Numbered from the stretch's first letter, positions 20,506 to 30,339 are shown. The stretch: 64,000 bases of DNA from an uncultured bacterium (GCA_963784355.1 CAWAQU010000007.1:125618-189617); one strand, 5' to 3'. The notes: generated from the letters alone by a model not told the origin. Numbers and translations: made by a program.

Positions 20506-22218
20506 ATGACCTATTTTTTAATCTCATTTCTAGCCGGAGTTTTAACCGTGCTGGCCCCGTGTGTTTTCTCACTACTTCCTGTAATTATAGGTAGCTCAGT
20601 GGGATCCAAAGACAAATACAAACCTGCAATAATTATTGTATCACTAGCTATTTCACTATTTATTTTCACGTTACTTTTGAAAGCTACTACACTATTTATT
20701 GATATTGATCCTCGCTTTCTCAACTACTTTTCAGGAGCTATTATTATATTCTTTGGTCTAATATCAGTTTTCCCTAATGTTTGGGACGCTCTATCTCTAA
20801 AATTAAATCTTTCATCAAACTCAGACAAACTACTTGAAAAATCTAGAAAAAGACAAGATATTTTTGGCACAATTCTTACAGGTGCAGCTCTTGGCCCAGT
20901 ATTTTCAAGCTGTAGCCCTACCTATGCTATTATTGTAGCAACAGTACTTAGAGCTAATATTTTAGAAGGTCTAGTCTATATTTTTGCATATATTTTAGGT
21001 CTGTCATTAATTTTGCTTTTAGTAGCAGTACTTGGACAAAGATTTACTAAAAAACTTAGATGGGCTACCAATCCAAACGGTATCTTCAAAAAAGTAATCG
21101 GAGTAATTTTTATAATTGTTGGTTTATCAATTTTATTTGGACTTGATAAAAAAATAATTGCCTCTTTGCCTGAAAACTCACTTTTGAGCAGTAGCAGTCT
21201 TGAAAATCAATTAGCAGGTAATTTCAAGAAAAATTCTACACAAAATTTGGATAGTTCTCAGATTTTAAATGTTAAAGAACCCAAAAAAGCTCCAGAAATA
21301 ACAGGTATAAAAACTTGGATCAACTCTGATGGCGAAAGTTTAGAGAAATTGAAAGGAAAAGTAGTGCTAGTAGATTTTTGGACTTACTCATGTATAAACT
21401 GTCAAAGGACTTTACCGTACCTAACAAAATGGTATGATACTTATAAGGACGACGGATTTGTGATATTGGGTATGCATGCTCCAGAATTCAGTTTTGAACA
21501 GAAAAAAGAAAATGTGCAGAAAGCTGTAAATGATAGTAAAATAAAATATCCTGTTGGATTAGACAATGACTTTGCTACATGGAATGCTTATGAAAACCAA
21601 TCTTGGCCTGCAAAATACTTAATTGATAAAGAAGGTAATCTACGTATGATTCATTTTGGTGAGGGAAAATATGAGGAAACTGAACAGGCAATTAGATTAT
21701 TACTGGAAGAAAAAGGTACAAAGCTAAATACTGAAACTGTTAGTAACAAAGTAGACAATACAGGAAATGTTTCGAGTATGCAAACACCAGAGACGTATTT
21801 GGGATTTTCTAGAAGTGAAAAATTTACTAATAGGGCAGAGCTTTTAGACAATAATGCTTACAATAAACCATTTGTTTATTCCGGTTCAGCTGGAAAAGCT
21901 TTGGAAAGTGATTTTTGGACTCTAGAAGGTAATTGGACTATATCTAATGAAAATATAACTTCAGCTGATAATAATGCCAAATTCAAGATGAAATACAATG
22001 CAAAGGAAGTCTATATTGTTATGAGTACAGATAATCCTTCTGAGATTAAGTTTGTGGGCAATAATAAAGGAGAAGATGTTAATGAACAGGGAGTTATTAA
22101 AGTCTCTGAATCTAAACTTTACCGAATAGTAAAAGCCAGTGAACTTGTTAAAGATGGTGAATTTGAATTAGTTGTACCAAAAGGAGTAAGCTTAAATGCT
22201 TTAACTTTTGGAAGCTAA
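20506..22218 (+). CDS. dipZ: DipZ-like fusion: CcdA/DsbD TM domain + TlpA thioredoxin + C-terminal beta domain
   Basis: LAPCVFSLLP and FSSCSP cysteine pair, DFWTYSCINC, HAPEF, TPETYLG. ATG 20506 preferred over TTG 20479. Confidence 0.9.
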   Translation: MTYFLISFLAGVLTVLAPCVFSLLPVIIGSSVGSKDKYKPAIIIVSLAISLFIFTLLLKATTLFIDIDPRFLNYFSGAIIIFFGLISVFPNVWDALSLKLNLSSNSDKLLEKSRKRQDIFGTILTGAALGPVFSSCSPTYAIIVATVLRANILEGLVYIFAYILGLSLILLLVAVLGQRFTKKLRWATNPNGIFKKVIGVIFIIVGLSILFGLDKKIIASLPENSLLSSSSLENQLAGNFKKNSTQNLDSSQILNVKEPKKAPEITGIKTWINSDGESLEKLKGKVVLVDFWTYSCINCQRTLPYLTKWYDTYKDDGFVILGMHAPEFSFEQKKENVQKAVNDSKIKYPVGLDNDFATWNAYENQSWPAKYLIDKEGNLRMIHFGEGKYEETEQAIRLLLEEKGTKLNTETVSNKVDNTGNVSSMQTPETYLGFSRSEKFTNRAELLDNNAYNKPFVYSGSAGKALESDFWTLEGNWTISNENITSADNNAKFKMKYNAKEVYIVMSTDNPSEIKFVGNNKGEDVNEQGVIKVSESKLYRIVKASELVKDGEFELVVPKGVSLNALTFGS

Positions 22219-22926
22219 TTAATCTACTAAGCTTTTAGAAGATGGACCGGAATTGGTATGAATGCTTACTTTACCCTGTTTTATTTTAGTAAAATCAATA
22301 TCCTTTAAATCATGGACAAGTAAATCTGCTAAGTAACCTGTATCATTTATGTTTTCAACTAGCCCTATGCATTGCATATGAGCATTCTTAGCAGCTTTCA
22401 TACCATTCTTGGCATCTTCAATAACTAGACAATTTTCGGGGCTTATTCTTAATCTGTGCGCAGCCAGTAAATAAATCTCGGGATTTGGCTTTGCCTCTTC
22501 AACTTCATCAGAATAAGCGATAGTATCAAGCTTTTTACGAATATCAGTCTTTTTTGTTATTTTATCTACCCATTCTCTAGAGCCTCCTGAGGCTAAACCG
22601 ACTTTAATATTTTGGCCTTTTAAAAAATCAATAATTTCTAAAGATCCGGGTATTAAAGGTATACCCAAGTCGACTTCGGCATCAATTTCTTGGACTCTAA
22701 AATCAATAAAAGCGTCTACATCATCTTCAATATTGTATCTTGTAAATATATCTTTAAAAATGGCCCTAGTTTTTCTACCGGCATATCTTTCTTCATAGTC
22801 TTCGGGTGTGAGTTCAACTCCATACTTCTCAAACAGTAAGTCAATACTTATTTGGGTTTTTATTTTTTGGGTGTCTGTGATTACCCCATCTAGGTCAAAG
22901 ATTACTGCTTTTATATTTTCTAACAT
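22219..22926 (-). CDS. HAD-superfamily phosphatase (beta-PGM/CbbY-like)
   Basis: FDLDGVITDT, AKPNPEIYL and CLVIEDAKNG motifs. Confidence 0.9.
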   Translation of the reverse strand: MLENIKAVIFDLDGVITDTQKIKTQISIDLLFEKYGVELTPEDYEERYAGRKTRAIFKDIFTRYNIEDDVDAFIDFRVQEIDAEVDLGIPLIPGSLEIIDFLKGQNIKVGLASGGSREWVDKITKKTDIRKKLDTIAYSDEVEEAKPNPEIYLLAAHRLRISPENCLVIEDAKNGMKAAKNAHMQCIGLVENINDTGYLADLLVHDLKDIDFTKIKQGKVSIHTNSGPSSKSLVD

Positions 22927-23244
22927 GGTTTTATAAATTAAGATCAAATATATTTTATCGATTCAATGATTTCCAAACTATAGATTTTTTTGTTGGATTG
23001 AATTTTATGTAAAATTTCATAGAATACTTCATCACAATTTCACGTTTTTGACAAGTCAGATAATTAAACTAGAAAATTAGAACACATTTAATATGTCTGT
23101 TAAGGCCAATTTTTAAAATAAAAAACTCTCTTTAAAACAAAATTAATCCTAATTGAAAGTAACTAGGATTTTCTTTTGCGCTAACTATTAGCAATTCATG
23201 CATGATTTAGAATACTATGGGTTTAGGTGCTTTGTCAATACCAA

Positions 23245-25032
23245 TTAGCTATTTTTTGTATCTCTACTCATCCTGATTAAATTTGGCTTAACCATTTTGC
23301 GGTAGATAGCAGGCATTACATAAACTAAAATCCAAATGATAACATATAAAGCATTTATTGCAATATTAATTATACTAGGTAAAATCAATGTATTTAAGAA
23401 TGAAATAATAAATCCTGCGAGTAACATTCCTGGTGCTAGCTTAGCTAAACCAATTCTGAGTTTATGATAAAATGAAGCTACTTTGTCCTGCCACTTGTAG
23501 TCGTCTAGTGTAACTTGTCCTAACTTTTTAACTGGTTTAACTTCAGGTACTATAACCATTTCAGACCAACGGTAACCATTATAGTCTATTATAAATTCAT
23601 AATTACCTGGTAATAAATGGAAAATGTATTTTCCGCCTTCCTTTGTTTCTTTTCTATCTACAAGTTCTTTTGTTGTTAAGTCATAGATATCTACAGGAAC
23701 AAATTCAAATGGTAATCCAGTCTGAATATCAATTGCAAATCCGGTGACTAATCTATGTCTATTTACTAATAATAAATCTAAAATTATAAATAACCACAAA
23801 GCAAAGGCTAAAATAATGTAAGGTAAGATATTATTTACGGAAATTAACTTATTTGTTGTAGGGGTTGTAGCTAATTGATCAAGTAAACTACCTTTTAAAT
23901 TGGTATTTGTAAGAACACTTGAATTATTTGGAGTTAAGTTTTCAGTTGTAGAATTTTGTGTATTGCTTTGAGTATTGTTTTGTGTTGTATTTTGATTATT
24001 TGTATTTTCGGTTTTTGTCTCGGTTGTCGGATTTACTTCAGTTGTCTCATTTGTGACTTCAGTTACTTGAGTTGTGGTTGTAGTGTTTTTAACATCAGGT
24101 GGATTAACAATTGTAGTTGTAGTATCAGGGTCATTTATACATACAAAAGGTGGGTCAAACATGATCTGACCATTACCTCTGTTTCCTGCAAAGTCTTTTG
24201 CGGTAGCTTTAATGGTTGAGCTATCTTCAGTAAAAAATTTATTTCTAGGTTTGATAGTAAATTTGTAACCTAAATTGTTTGGTTTGCTACTAACATATCT
24301 TACTTCACTGCTGTTAGGTGTATATTTGTCTCCGTTAATATCAAATTCAACAGTACTTAAATCTACTCCACTTAAATTATCAGTAACTTCAATCTCAACT
24401 TGGGAATCGATAGGTACCTTTTTGTCTCTGTCTTTTGGATTAATAAAATTAAATTTAGGCGCTTCTTTTTCACACCAACCATCAGCAAAAGTATAAGTTC
24501 CATTAGTTACGGATTTTAACAAGTCTTTACTTGTATTTGTGTCAGCTACATTACTATCAAAAGTTACTTCCGGTCCAACTCCGTCGATTCTAATCTGAAA
24601 ACTTGTTGAGTTAATTCCTGTTTTAGGTTCAAAAGGGATAGTAGCAAAAACTTTTTTGGATGTTAATGTACTATTTACTGAGACTGCTGCAAGAAATATT
24701 TTACTCTGACTTGGTTCAGTACGGTTTTCAACGAAACTTTCGTAAGCGCTACCCGGTCTAACTTGAATTCCACTAAGGCCTGAATTTGCATCTAGTATAT
24801 TGATTTCATTCGGATTATAAATAATCTCCATGTCAGCTGCATTTGAACTTTCATTTGTAGCGTTAACTTCAATATCTATTTCATATTTACACCCTAAGCC
24901 TCGGACATACTCTTTAGATGGTGGGCTAAAATCTATAGTGGCGGGATAAGCCGGAATGTTGTATCCGAAACTAAGTATAACTATAAAAATAGCAGTAAAT
25001 AGGTTTTTGATTAAGTGTTTTGTTGGAAACAT
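23245..25032 (-). CDS. Cohesin-domain surface protein with Ig-like domain, Thr/Asn-rich linker and C-terminal membrane segments
   Basis: Signal peptide. Cohesin-like pattern IDIEVNA...AADMEIIYNPNEI...FATIPF...TNGTYTF. DNLSGVDLSTV Ig-like motif. Three hydrophobic segments near the C terminus. Confidence 0.75.
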   Translation of the reverse strand: MFPTKHLIKNLFTAIFIVILSFGYNIPAYPATIDFSPPSKEYVRGLGCKYEIDIEVNATNESSNAADMEIIYNPNEINILDANSGLSGIQVRPGSAYESFVENRTEPSQSKIFLAAVSVNSTLTSKKVFATIPFEPKTGINSTSFQIRIDGVGPEVTFDSNVADTNTSKDLLKSVTNGTYTFADGWCEKEAPKFNFINPKDRDKKVPIDSQVEIEVTDNLSGVDLSTVEFDINGDKYTPNSSEVRYVSSKPNNLGYKFTIKPRNKFFTEDSSTIKATAKDFAGNRGNGQIMFDPPFVCINDPDTTTTIVNPPDVKNTTTTTQVTEVTNETTEVNPTTETKTENTNNQNTTQNNTQSNTQNSTTENLTPNNSSVLTNTNLKGSLLDQLATTPTTNKLISVNNILPYIILAFALWLFIILDLLLVNRHRLVTGFAIDIQTGLPFEFVPVDIYDLTTKELVDRKETKEGGKYIFHLLPGNYEFIIDYNGYRWSEMVIVPEVKPVKKLGQVTLDDYKWQDKVASFYHKLRIGLAKLAPGMLLAGFIISFLNTLILPSIINIAINALYVIIWILVYVMPAIYRKMVKPNLIRMSRDTKNS

Positions 25033-25051
25033 AATGTTTATTTTTGTTTTT

Positions 25052-25681
25052 TTAGTCACCTGATTTTCTAAAATTAAATGCAGTATTTGATATATCTAAA
25101 CCATTTACAATCCCATCCCTGTTTAAATCATTTTTTTCAAATTCATTAATAGCACCGTTGGTTTTTCTAAAATTTAAAGCTTGAGTCGATAAATCTAAAG
25201 AGTTAATATAATTATCAAAGTAACCGCTTGTTTCACCAGCTAAGAGCTCTTTATTTTCTCCTGTAAAATCATTTATATAACTTACTCCCAGTTTGATTGA
25301 AAAGTTTGAAAAGTATTTACGTAGGTGCGAAAGACCTTTAATATAGAAATTATAAGTTGTATTGTTTTCAAGAGCTATCTCTCTTTCACAAATATCAATC
25401 TCTGCAGCACCGGTATTATCTGTACGTACATCATTAATGGTTGCTATCTTAGGACCGTTTGGTTCGGAAACTTCTATTGAAAGTAAAGTGCTCCAATTAT
25501 CTTCTGAGGGAATTCTTTTTTCCGGCTTTACCAAAATATTAAATATGCAAATATTATCTTGCACAACCAGATTCAAATCTGCTGAGTCGGTATTATTAGC
25601 TAGTACAAGAGTATTACTAACTAGTAGGATAAAAGCAAAGATTAAAGCAGCAAGAGTTGATATTTTCAGCTTTTTTTGCAT
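25052..25681 (-). CDS. Secreted protein with C-terminal dockerin-like duplicated Ca-binding loop
   Basis: Signal peptide. IKGLSHLRK...LLAGETSGYFDNYINSLDLS...DLNRDGIVNGLDIS at the extreme C terminus. Confidence 0.75.
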   Translation of the reverse strand: MQKKLKISTLAALIFAFILLVSNTLVLANNTDSADLNLVVQDNICIFNILVKPEKRIPSEDNWSTLLSIEVSEPNGPKIATINDVRTDNTGAAEIDICEREIALENNTTYNFYIKGLSHLRKYFSNFSIKLGVSYINDFTGENKELLAGETSGYFDNYINSLDLSTQALNFRKTNGAINEFEKNDLNRDGIVNGLDISNTAFNFRKSGD

Positions 25682-25714
25682 ATTTATTTTTATTTTTTGT
25701 TTAACTTCAATCTA

Positions 25715-25743
25715 ATTATATAACACATTTTTTGTTTATGCAA
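25715..25743 (-). promoter_or_regulatory. Sigma70-type promoter of the dockerin-cohesin operon (TTGCAT-N17-TATAAT)
   Basis: Minus strand reads TTGCAT aaacaaaaaatgtgtta TATAAT. Confidence 0.7.
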
Positions 25744-25863
25744 ATTTCTAATTAATTAAACGGTCCAGATAAGCTTTTGTAACCAGAAAATGATTTACCT
25801 ATAACGTGTTAAATTTTGTTTAGGTAAATTGACATTGCGCAGTTTTTAAGGTTTTTTGTGTAT

Positions 25864-26631
25864 ATGATTGAAATTAAAGATTTAAAATTTACCGCAGGAG
25901 ATACAAAAATTATAGATGGCTTAAATTTAAATATTGGGGTAGGGGAAGTACATATAATTATCGGTTCTAACGGATCAGGAAAAACTAGTTTGGCTCAAAT
26001 CCTAGTTGGAAATCCAAGTTATCAGGCATATTCGGGCGAAATTCTAGTAAACTTAGGAAATTTTTACTCAAAAGATAATAACCCAATAAATATAGATAGT
26101 TTACCAATAGAACTACGCTCTAAAATAGGACTCTTTTTAGCTTATCAAAATCCTATTGATTTGCCGGGAATAGCGCCAATTAGTTATTTAAAAACGATAG
26201 CAAATGAACACAAAAAATATAGAGGTGAGGTAGAATACTTAAGCAAAGACTTTCTGGATTTAATAGACGGGCTGGTTTCAAAATATAAATTTAGTAAAAA
26301 GATTATTCAGAGAAGCTTTATAGAGGGGATTTCCGGTGGAGAAAAAAAGATGTTTGAACTTATGCAAATGCTTTTGCTCGATCCCAAGCTTATTATACTT
26401 GATGAAATTGATTCAGGGCTAGATTTAGACGCTTTAAATAGATTTTATAAAATATTTGAATCATCTAATCGAAAAGATAAAAGCTGGATCATTATCAGCC
26501 ACAATCCTGAGTTTATTAAAAAACTAAATCCCACTCAAGTGCATATTATGCAAAATGGTAAAATTGTAAGATCCGGTCAGTTGGAGGTCTTGGAAAATAT
26601 AATACAATCAGGCTTTAATCAGTATGTTTGA
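25864..26631 (+). CDS. sufC: Fe-S cluster assembly ATPase SufC
   Basis: GSNGSGKT, GLFLAYQNP, EGISGGEKK, ILDEIDSGLD. Confidence 0.9.
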   Translation: MIEIKDLKFTAGDTKIIDGLNLNIGVGEVHIIIGSNGSGKTSLAQILVGNPSYQAYSGEILVNLGNFYSKDNNPINIDSLPIELRSKIGLFLAYQNPIDLPGIAPISYLKTIANEHKKYRGEVEYLSKDFLDLIDGLVSKYKFSKKIIQRSFIEGISGGEKKMFELMQMLLLDPKLIILDEIDSGLDLDALNRFYKIFESSNRKDKSWIIISHNPEFIKKLNPTQVHIMQNGKIVRSGQLEVLENIIQSGFNQYV

Positions 26632-27334
26632 GGATTTTGATGAAAATAATTTTTTAAAATTAGACCTATTCAGTGCAGGCCGGGTTGAAAGCAATTTTAT
26701 TAAATCGGAAGTTGAGGCAGATAATTTGAAATATGATGAAAGCAACTTATCTTGGGATTTTAAACATAATTTAAACAAATTTATATTGCTCAAAACAGAT
26801 TACAGCGTATTGAATATAACTATTAATGTAGAAAAAAATTGTAATTTGAAGATTTTTACTTATCATGAATCAACTACTGATTTTAAAGTGAATATAAATT
26901 TGATAGGTAGTGATAGTTCGTGTGAGTTAATAAATATATTTATACTAGGATCTGCTTGTTCGATAAAGTACAATCTGTTGGTCAATCATAGTGCTGACTA
27001 TACAAGTAGCAAAGTACTATCTAAGCATATACTGACAAACTACTCACATCTGGAATTTGAGGGTATTTTAAATATTGCTGAAGCGGTGCAGTATGCTGAT
27101 TCAGATATGCAAAGTAATACACTACTTTTATCTCCAAATGCCCAAGTAATTTCTAAACCTGGGCTGAAAATTGCTAGCAAAAATATTAAGTCGGTACATG
27201 GCAATACAATATCCGGACCTAATGAAGACCTACTTTTATATCTCAAATCAAGAGGACTATCCGAATCTGAAGCAATTAAATTTATCAAAAACAGCTTTGT
27301 GGCTGAATCATTTAACCTACTAAAACCTACTTGA
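26624..27334 (+). CDS. sufD: SufD-like Fe-S assembly protein (short)
   Basis: TLLLSPNAQVISKPGLKI...SVHGNTI...LLYLKSRGLSESEA, a SufBD C-terminal motif. Overlaps sufC. Confidence 0.8.
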   Translation: MFEDFDENNFLKLDLFSAGRVESNFIKSEVEADNLKYDESNLSWDFKHNLNKFILLKTDYSVLNITINVEKNCNLKIFTYHESTTDFKVNINLIGSDSSCELINIFILGSACSIKYNLLVNHSADYTSSKVLSKHILTNYSHLEFEGILNIAEAVQYADSDMQSNTLLLSPNAQVISKPGLKIASKNIKSVHGNTISGPNEDLLLYLKSRGLSESEAIKFIKNSFVAESFNLLKPT

Positions 27335-27351
27335 TTTACTGTTTCGGACTT

Positions 27352-28446
27352 CTATAAATCCGTGCGAATGACGTAAAGTTCTAAACTTTCTGGGTTGATT
27401 GGTAAATCTCTATCCGTTAATTTTTTAAATATTTCAATTGCATTTTGTTGGTGATTTGTATTTGCAGCAAAAATAATAATCGGATATGAATTTTTTTCAA
27501 AGTGGGTTGTACCCCAACCGTGTTTTCCTGAAGCAATGGCAATAGAGAGCTCAACATTTTTTACAGTTGCCTCATTTAATTTTTCTTGAACAGTTTCATC
27601 TTCATTACAAAATCCAAATATATCAAAGAAATTGGCATGACTAATTTGGTCAAAATTATATATTTTTACACTTGGATCCAAACATACAGCTGTACCAATT
27701 GCATTGTGCATTTCTATTGGTCTAATTGCGTTCATTTGTTTGCTACTTATGTAAGCAACGGTAACTTCAAGTGGATATTTAATTTCAAGAGCCTTACTCT
27801 CTATAGTTGCTGCCATTTGCTTTGCACAACTTTTTGCAACTTCTAACTCATCTCCACTACAAAGCTCAGGATGATCATTGATCCTTTTTTGTATAGCTCC
27901 ACAACCTTGATGATAGGTTACTGTAAATTTTATAATTTTATTGTTTTTACACCAATCTGCAATATAACCGGCAATCTTTTGGAGTTCTACTTTTTCTGTT
28001 TCACAATTACATTCTTCTTTGTTGTAGTCTAAAGCAAGTGCGCCTGATCCAGGCAAATCAATTATATATCTTGGTATTTTAGGATTGCATATTGTACCAA
28101 GTTTAATACCACCAATAGTCTCTTCATCAATAAATTCACCAGTTTGTGCCCCCTCATCTATACAACACATTTCGGCAATAAACGTATCTTCTGGTACTAG
28201 AATCTCCTTTTTTATTTCAGAGACTTTTAGTTTTCTTCCCAATTCGTCTAGGCTAACCAATTTTACTTCCAGGTCATATTCAGTATTTACTTTAACCTTT
28301 TGGTAACTAAAATTATCTAAATCGTTGATCAATTTTTTATAGTAATCCTTGTATATTTTCCACTGATTTTTTCTGATATCTTCAATTTGAGGGTGTAAAT
28401 TACGATTAATGAAATTTAACCCTGGCTTAAATCTTAACTTAAACAT
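27352..28446 (-). CDS. Hypothetical protein with beta/zeta-carbonic-anhydrase-like Cys-x-Asp...His-x2-Cys motif
   Basis: CCIDEG, LPGSG and VTYHQGCGA. Confidence 0.55.
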   Translation of the reverse strand: MFKLRFKPGLNFINRNLHPQIEDIRKNQWKIYKDYYKKLINDLDNFSYQKVKVNTEYDLEVKLVSLDELGRKLKVSEIKKEILVPEDTFIAEMCCIDEGAQTGEFIDEETIGGIKLGTICNPKIPRYIIDLPGSGALALDYNKEECNCETEKVELQKIAGYIADWCKNNKIIKFTVTYHQGCGAIQKRINDHPELCSGDELEVAKSCAKQMAATIESKALEIKYPLEVTVAYISSKQMNAIRPIEMHNAIGTAVCLDPSVKIYNFDQISHANFFDIFGFCNEDETVQEKLNEATVKNVELSIAIASGKHGWGTTHFEKNSYPIIIFAANTNHQQNAIEIFKKLTDRDLPINPESLELYVIRTDL

Positions 28447-28572
28447 ACAAGTATTATTGGTATGGAACCTTTATAGAATAACATATTGATTTATATTGTC
28501 AATACCTAAACATTTTATAATCTCTACATAATCTTGACACTTAATTTTTTTTTAGACAAGTTGGAATACATA

Positions 28573-29241
28573 ATGTCTTCAGGCGTCAATTTTCAATCAC
28601 TACCTAATGACTATGAGATCAAACGGCATATACATCCTAGCCTGTGGCAAGAGTTGCGAGAATATGTAATTTATTTTTTCAAAGTTTTTGCATCTGTAGC
28701 AATAATTTACCTTTTTTTGAGAACGAGTGTTTTTGATGCTATTGGTGTGAGTGGAGAGTCCATGTTTCCGACTTATCACAATAAAGATCAAATCTATATT
28801 GATCAACTTACCCCAAAGTTTGGTGATTATCAACGTGGAGATGTGGTTGTATTTTTATCTCCTAAGCAGTTTGATGGGAAAAGGGAATTGTTTATAAAAA
28901 GAATAATTGGAAAACCCGGTGAGAAAATAATTATACAGAATGGTAAAGTATCCATTCAAAGTGATGAATTTCCTGAGCCTGTTGAAATAGATGAAAAAAG
29001 CTATTTAGGTCCTACGGTATATACTTATAAAAAAATAATTTCTGGTAGTGAAAAATATGAAGAAGAGAAATTAGGTCCAAATGAATATTTTGTAATGGGT
29101 GATAATAGAACTGGAAGTACTGATTCAAGAGCTTTTGGAAAAATAACTAAGCAAGATATTTTAGGTAAGGAGTTTTATCGTATATTTCCACCTGAAAAAT
29201 CCGGATTTTATAAATTGCCGAAGTATAATATTAGCAACTGA
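28573..29241 (+). CDS. lepB: Signal peptidase I
   Basis: SGESMFPT (catalytic Ser), FIKRIIG (Lys), VMGDNRTGSTDSR. Confidence 0.95.
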   Translation: MSSGVNFQSLPNDYEIKRHIHPSLWQELREYVIYFFKVFASVAIIYLFLRTSVFDAIGVSGESMFPTYHNKDQIYIDQLTPKFGDYQRGDVVVFLSPKQFDGKRELFIKRIIGKPGEKIIIQNGKVSIQSDEFPEPVEIDEKSYLGPTVYTYKKIISGSEKYEEEKLGPNEYFVMGDNRTGSTDSRAFGKITKQDILGKEFYRIFPPEKSGFYKLPKYNISN

Positions 29242-29243
29242 TT

Positions 29244-30281
29244 ATGCAGATATCTAAAATTGAGGATAGCAATATCTGGCAAAGTTTTATTGAAAAACTA
29301 AATTTAAATACTTTTTTGCATTCATTAGAGTGGCAAAACTTTAATACTTTACAAAACTTTAAGACGTGGAAACTTGGCCTTTTTGATAGTGATAATAAGC
29401 TTATATCTGTAGCCTTAATCATCAAAGTTGAAGCTAGGAGAGGACATTTTTTGTTCTGCCCGCATGGTCCACAAAGTGTGAATAATGATAATGAGTCTCA
29501 ATATAAAGCAGAATTGACAGAGTGGACTAAATTTTTAAAGAACTTGGCTAAAGAGGAAAATTGTTGTTTTTTCAGGATTCAGCCAATTGTAGAGAGCAAT
29601 CAACAAAATAGTAAGGTTTTTGCTGATGTAGGCTTTCGAAAATCTCCGATTCACATGCACACCGAATTGAGTTCGGTACTAAATATTGATAAGACCGAAG
29701 AAGAAATACTATTAGGGATGCGTAAAACTACTAGGCAGATGATTAAAAAAGGTTTGAAAATGATTGCCGATGGAGAGGTTGAAATTAAAAACTTTGATCA
29801 GGTAGATGATAAATTGTATAGAGTATATCAAGAAACAGGTAGTAGAGGAAACTTTGTGATTTTTTCAAAAAAGTATTTGATGGATGAATTCAACTCTTTC
29901 AATGCCAGCGGTAAAACAAAACTGTACGGAATTTACTATAAAAAAGAACTTTTATCTTGGGGTATGGTATTATTTTGTGGCAAAAGAGCATTTTACCATC
30001 AAGGGGCAAATATTTTAAACAAAGATGTACCTGCCTCATATCTGTGCCAATGGACCGGTATCAAATTTGCAAGAGATTATGGGTGTGAGACTTACGATTT
30101 TTGGGGTGTTTCACCTGTAGATGCAGTAAATCATCCTTGGGGCAATATAAGTATCTTTAAGAGGGGTTTTGGAGGCCAGGATGTGGTATTATTACATGCA
30201 CAGGACTATATTTTAGATTTTAGATATTGGTTGACTTACGCAATTGAGACTTTTAGAGCCAAAAAAAGAGGGTTTGTTTAG
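29244..30281 (+). CDS. FemABX-family peptidoglycan bridge aminoacyltransferase
   Basis: FLHSLEW, MRKTTRQMIKK, YDFWGV, FKRGFGG. Confidence 0.9.
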   Translation: MQISKIEDSNIWQSFIEKLNLNTFLHSLEWQNFNTLQNFKTWKLGLFDSDNKLISVALIIKVEARRGHFLFCPHGPQSVNNDNESQYKAELTEWTKFLKNLAKEENCCFFRIQPIVESNQQNSKVFADVGFRKSPIHMHTELSSVLNIDKTEEEILLGMRKTTRQMIKKGLKMIADGEVEIKNFDQVDDKLYRVYQETGSRGNFVIFSKKYLMDEFNSFNASGKTKLYGIYYKKELLSWGMVLFCGKRAFYHQGANILNKDVPASYLCQWTGIKFARDYGCETYDFWGVSPVDAVNHPWGNISIFKRGFGGQDVVLLHAQDYILDFRYWLTYAIETFRAKKRGFV

Positions 30282-30339
30282 ATAAATCAGCCTACAATCT
30301 TACCATGAACCCGTCCCAAATCTCCACTATCCTCTCCAT

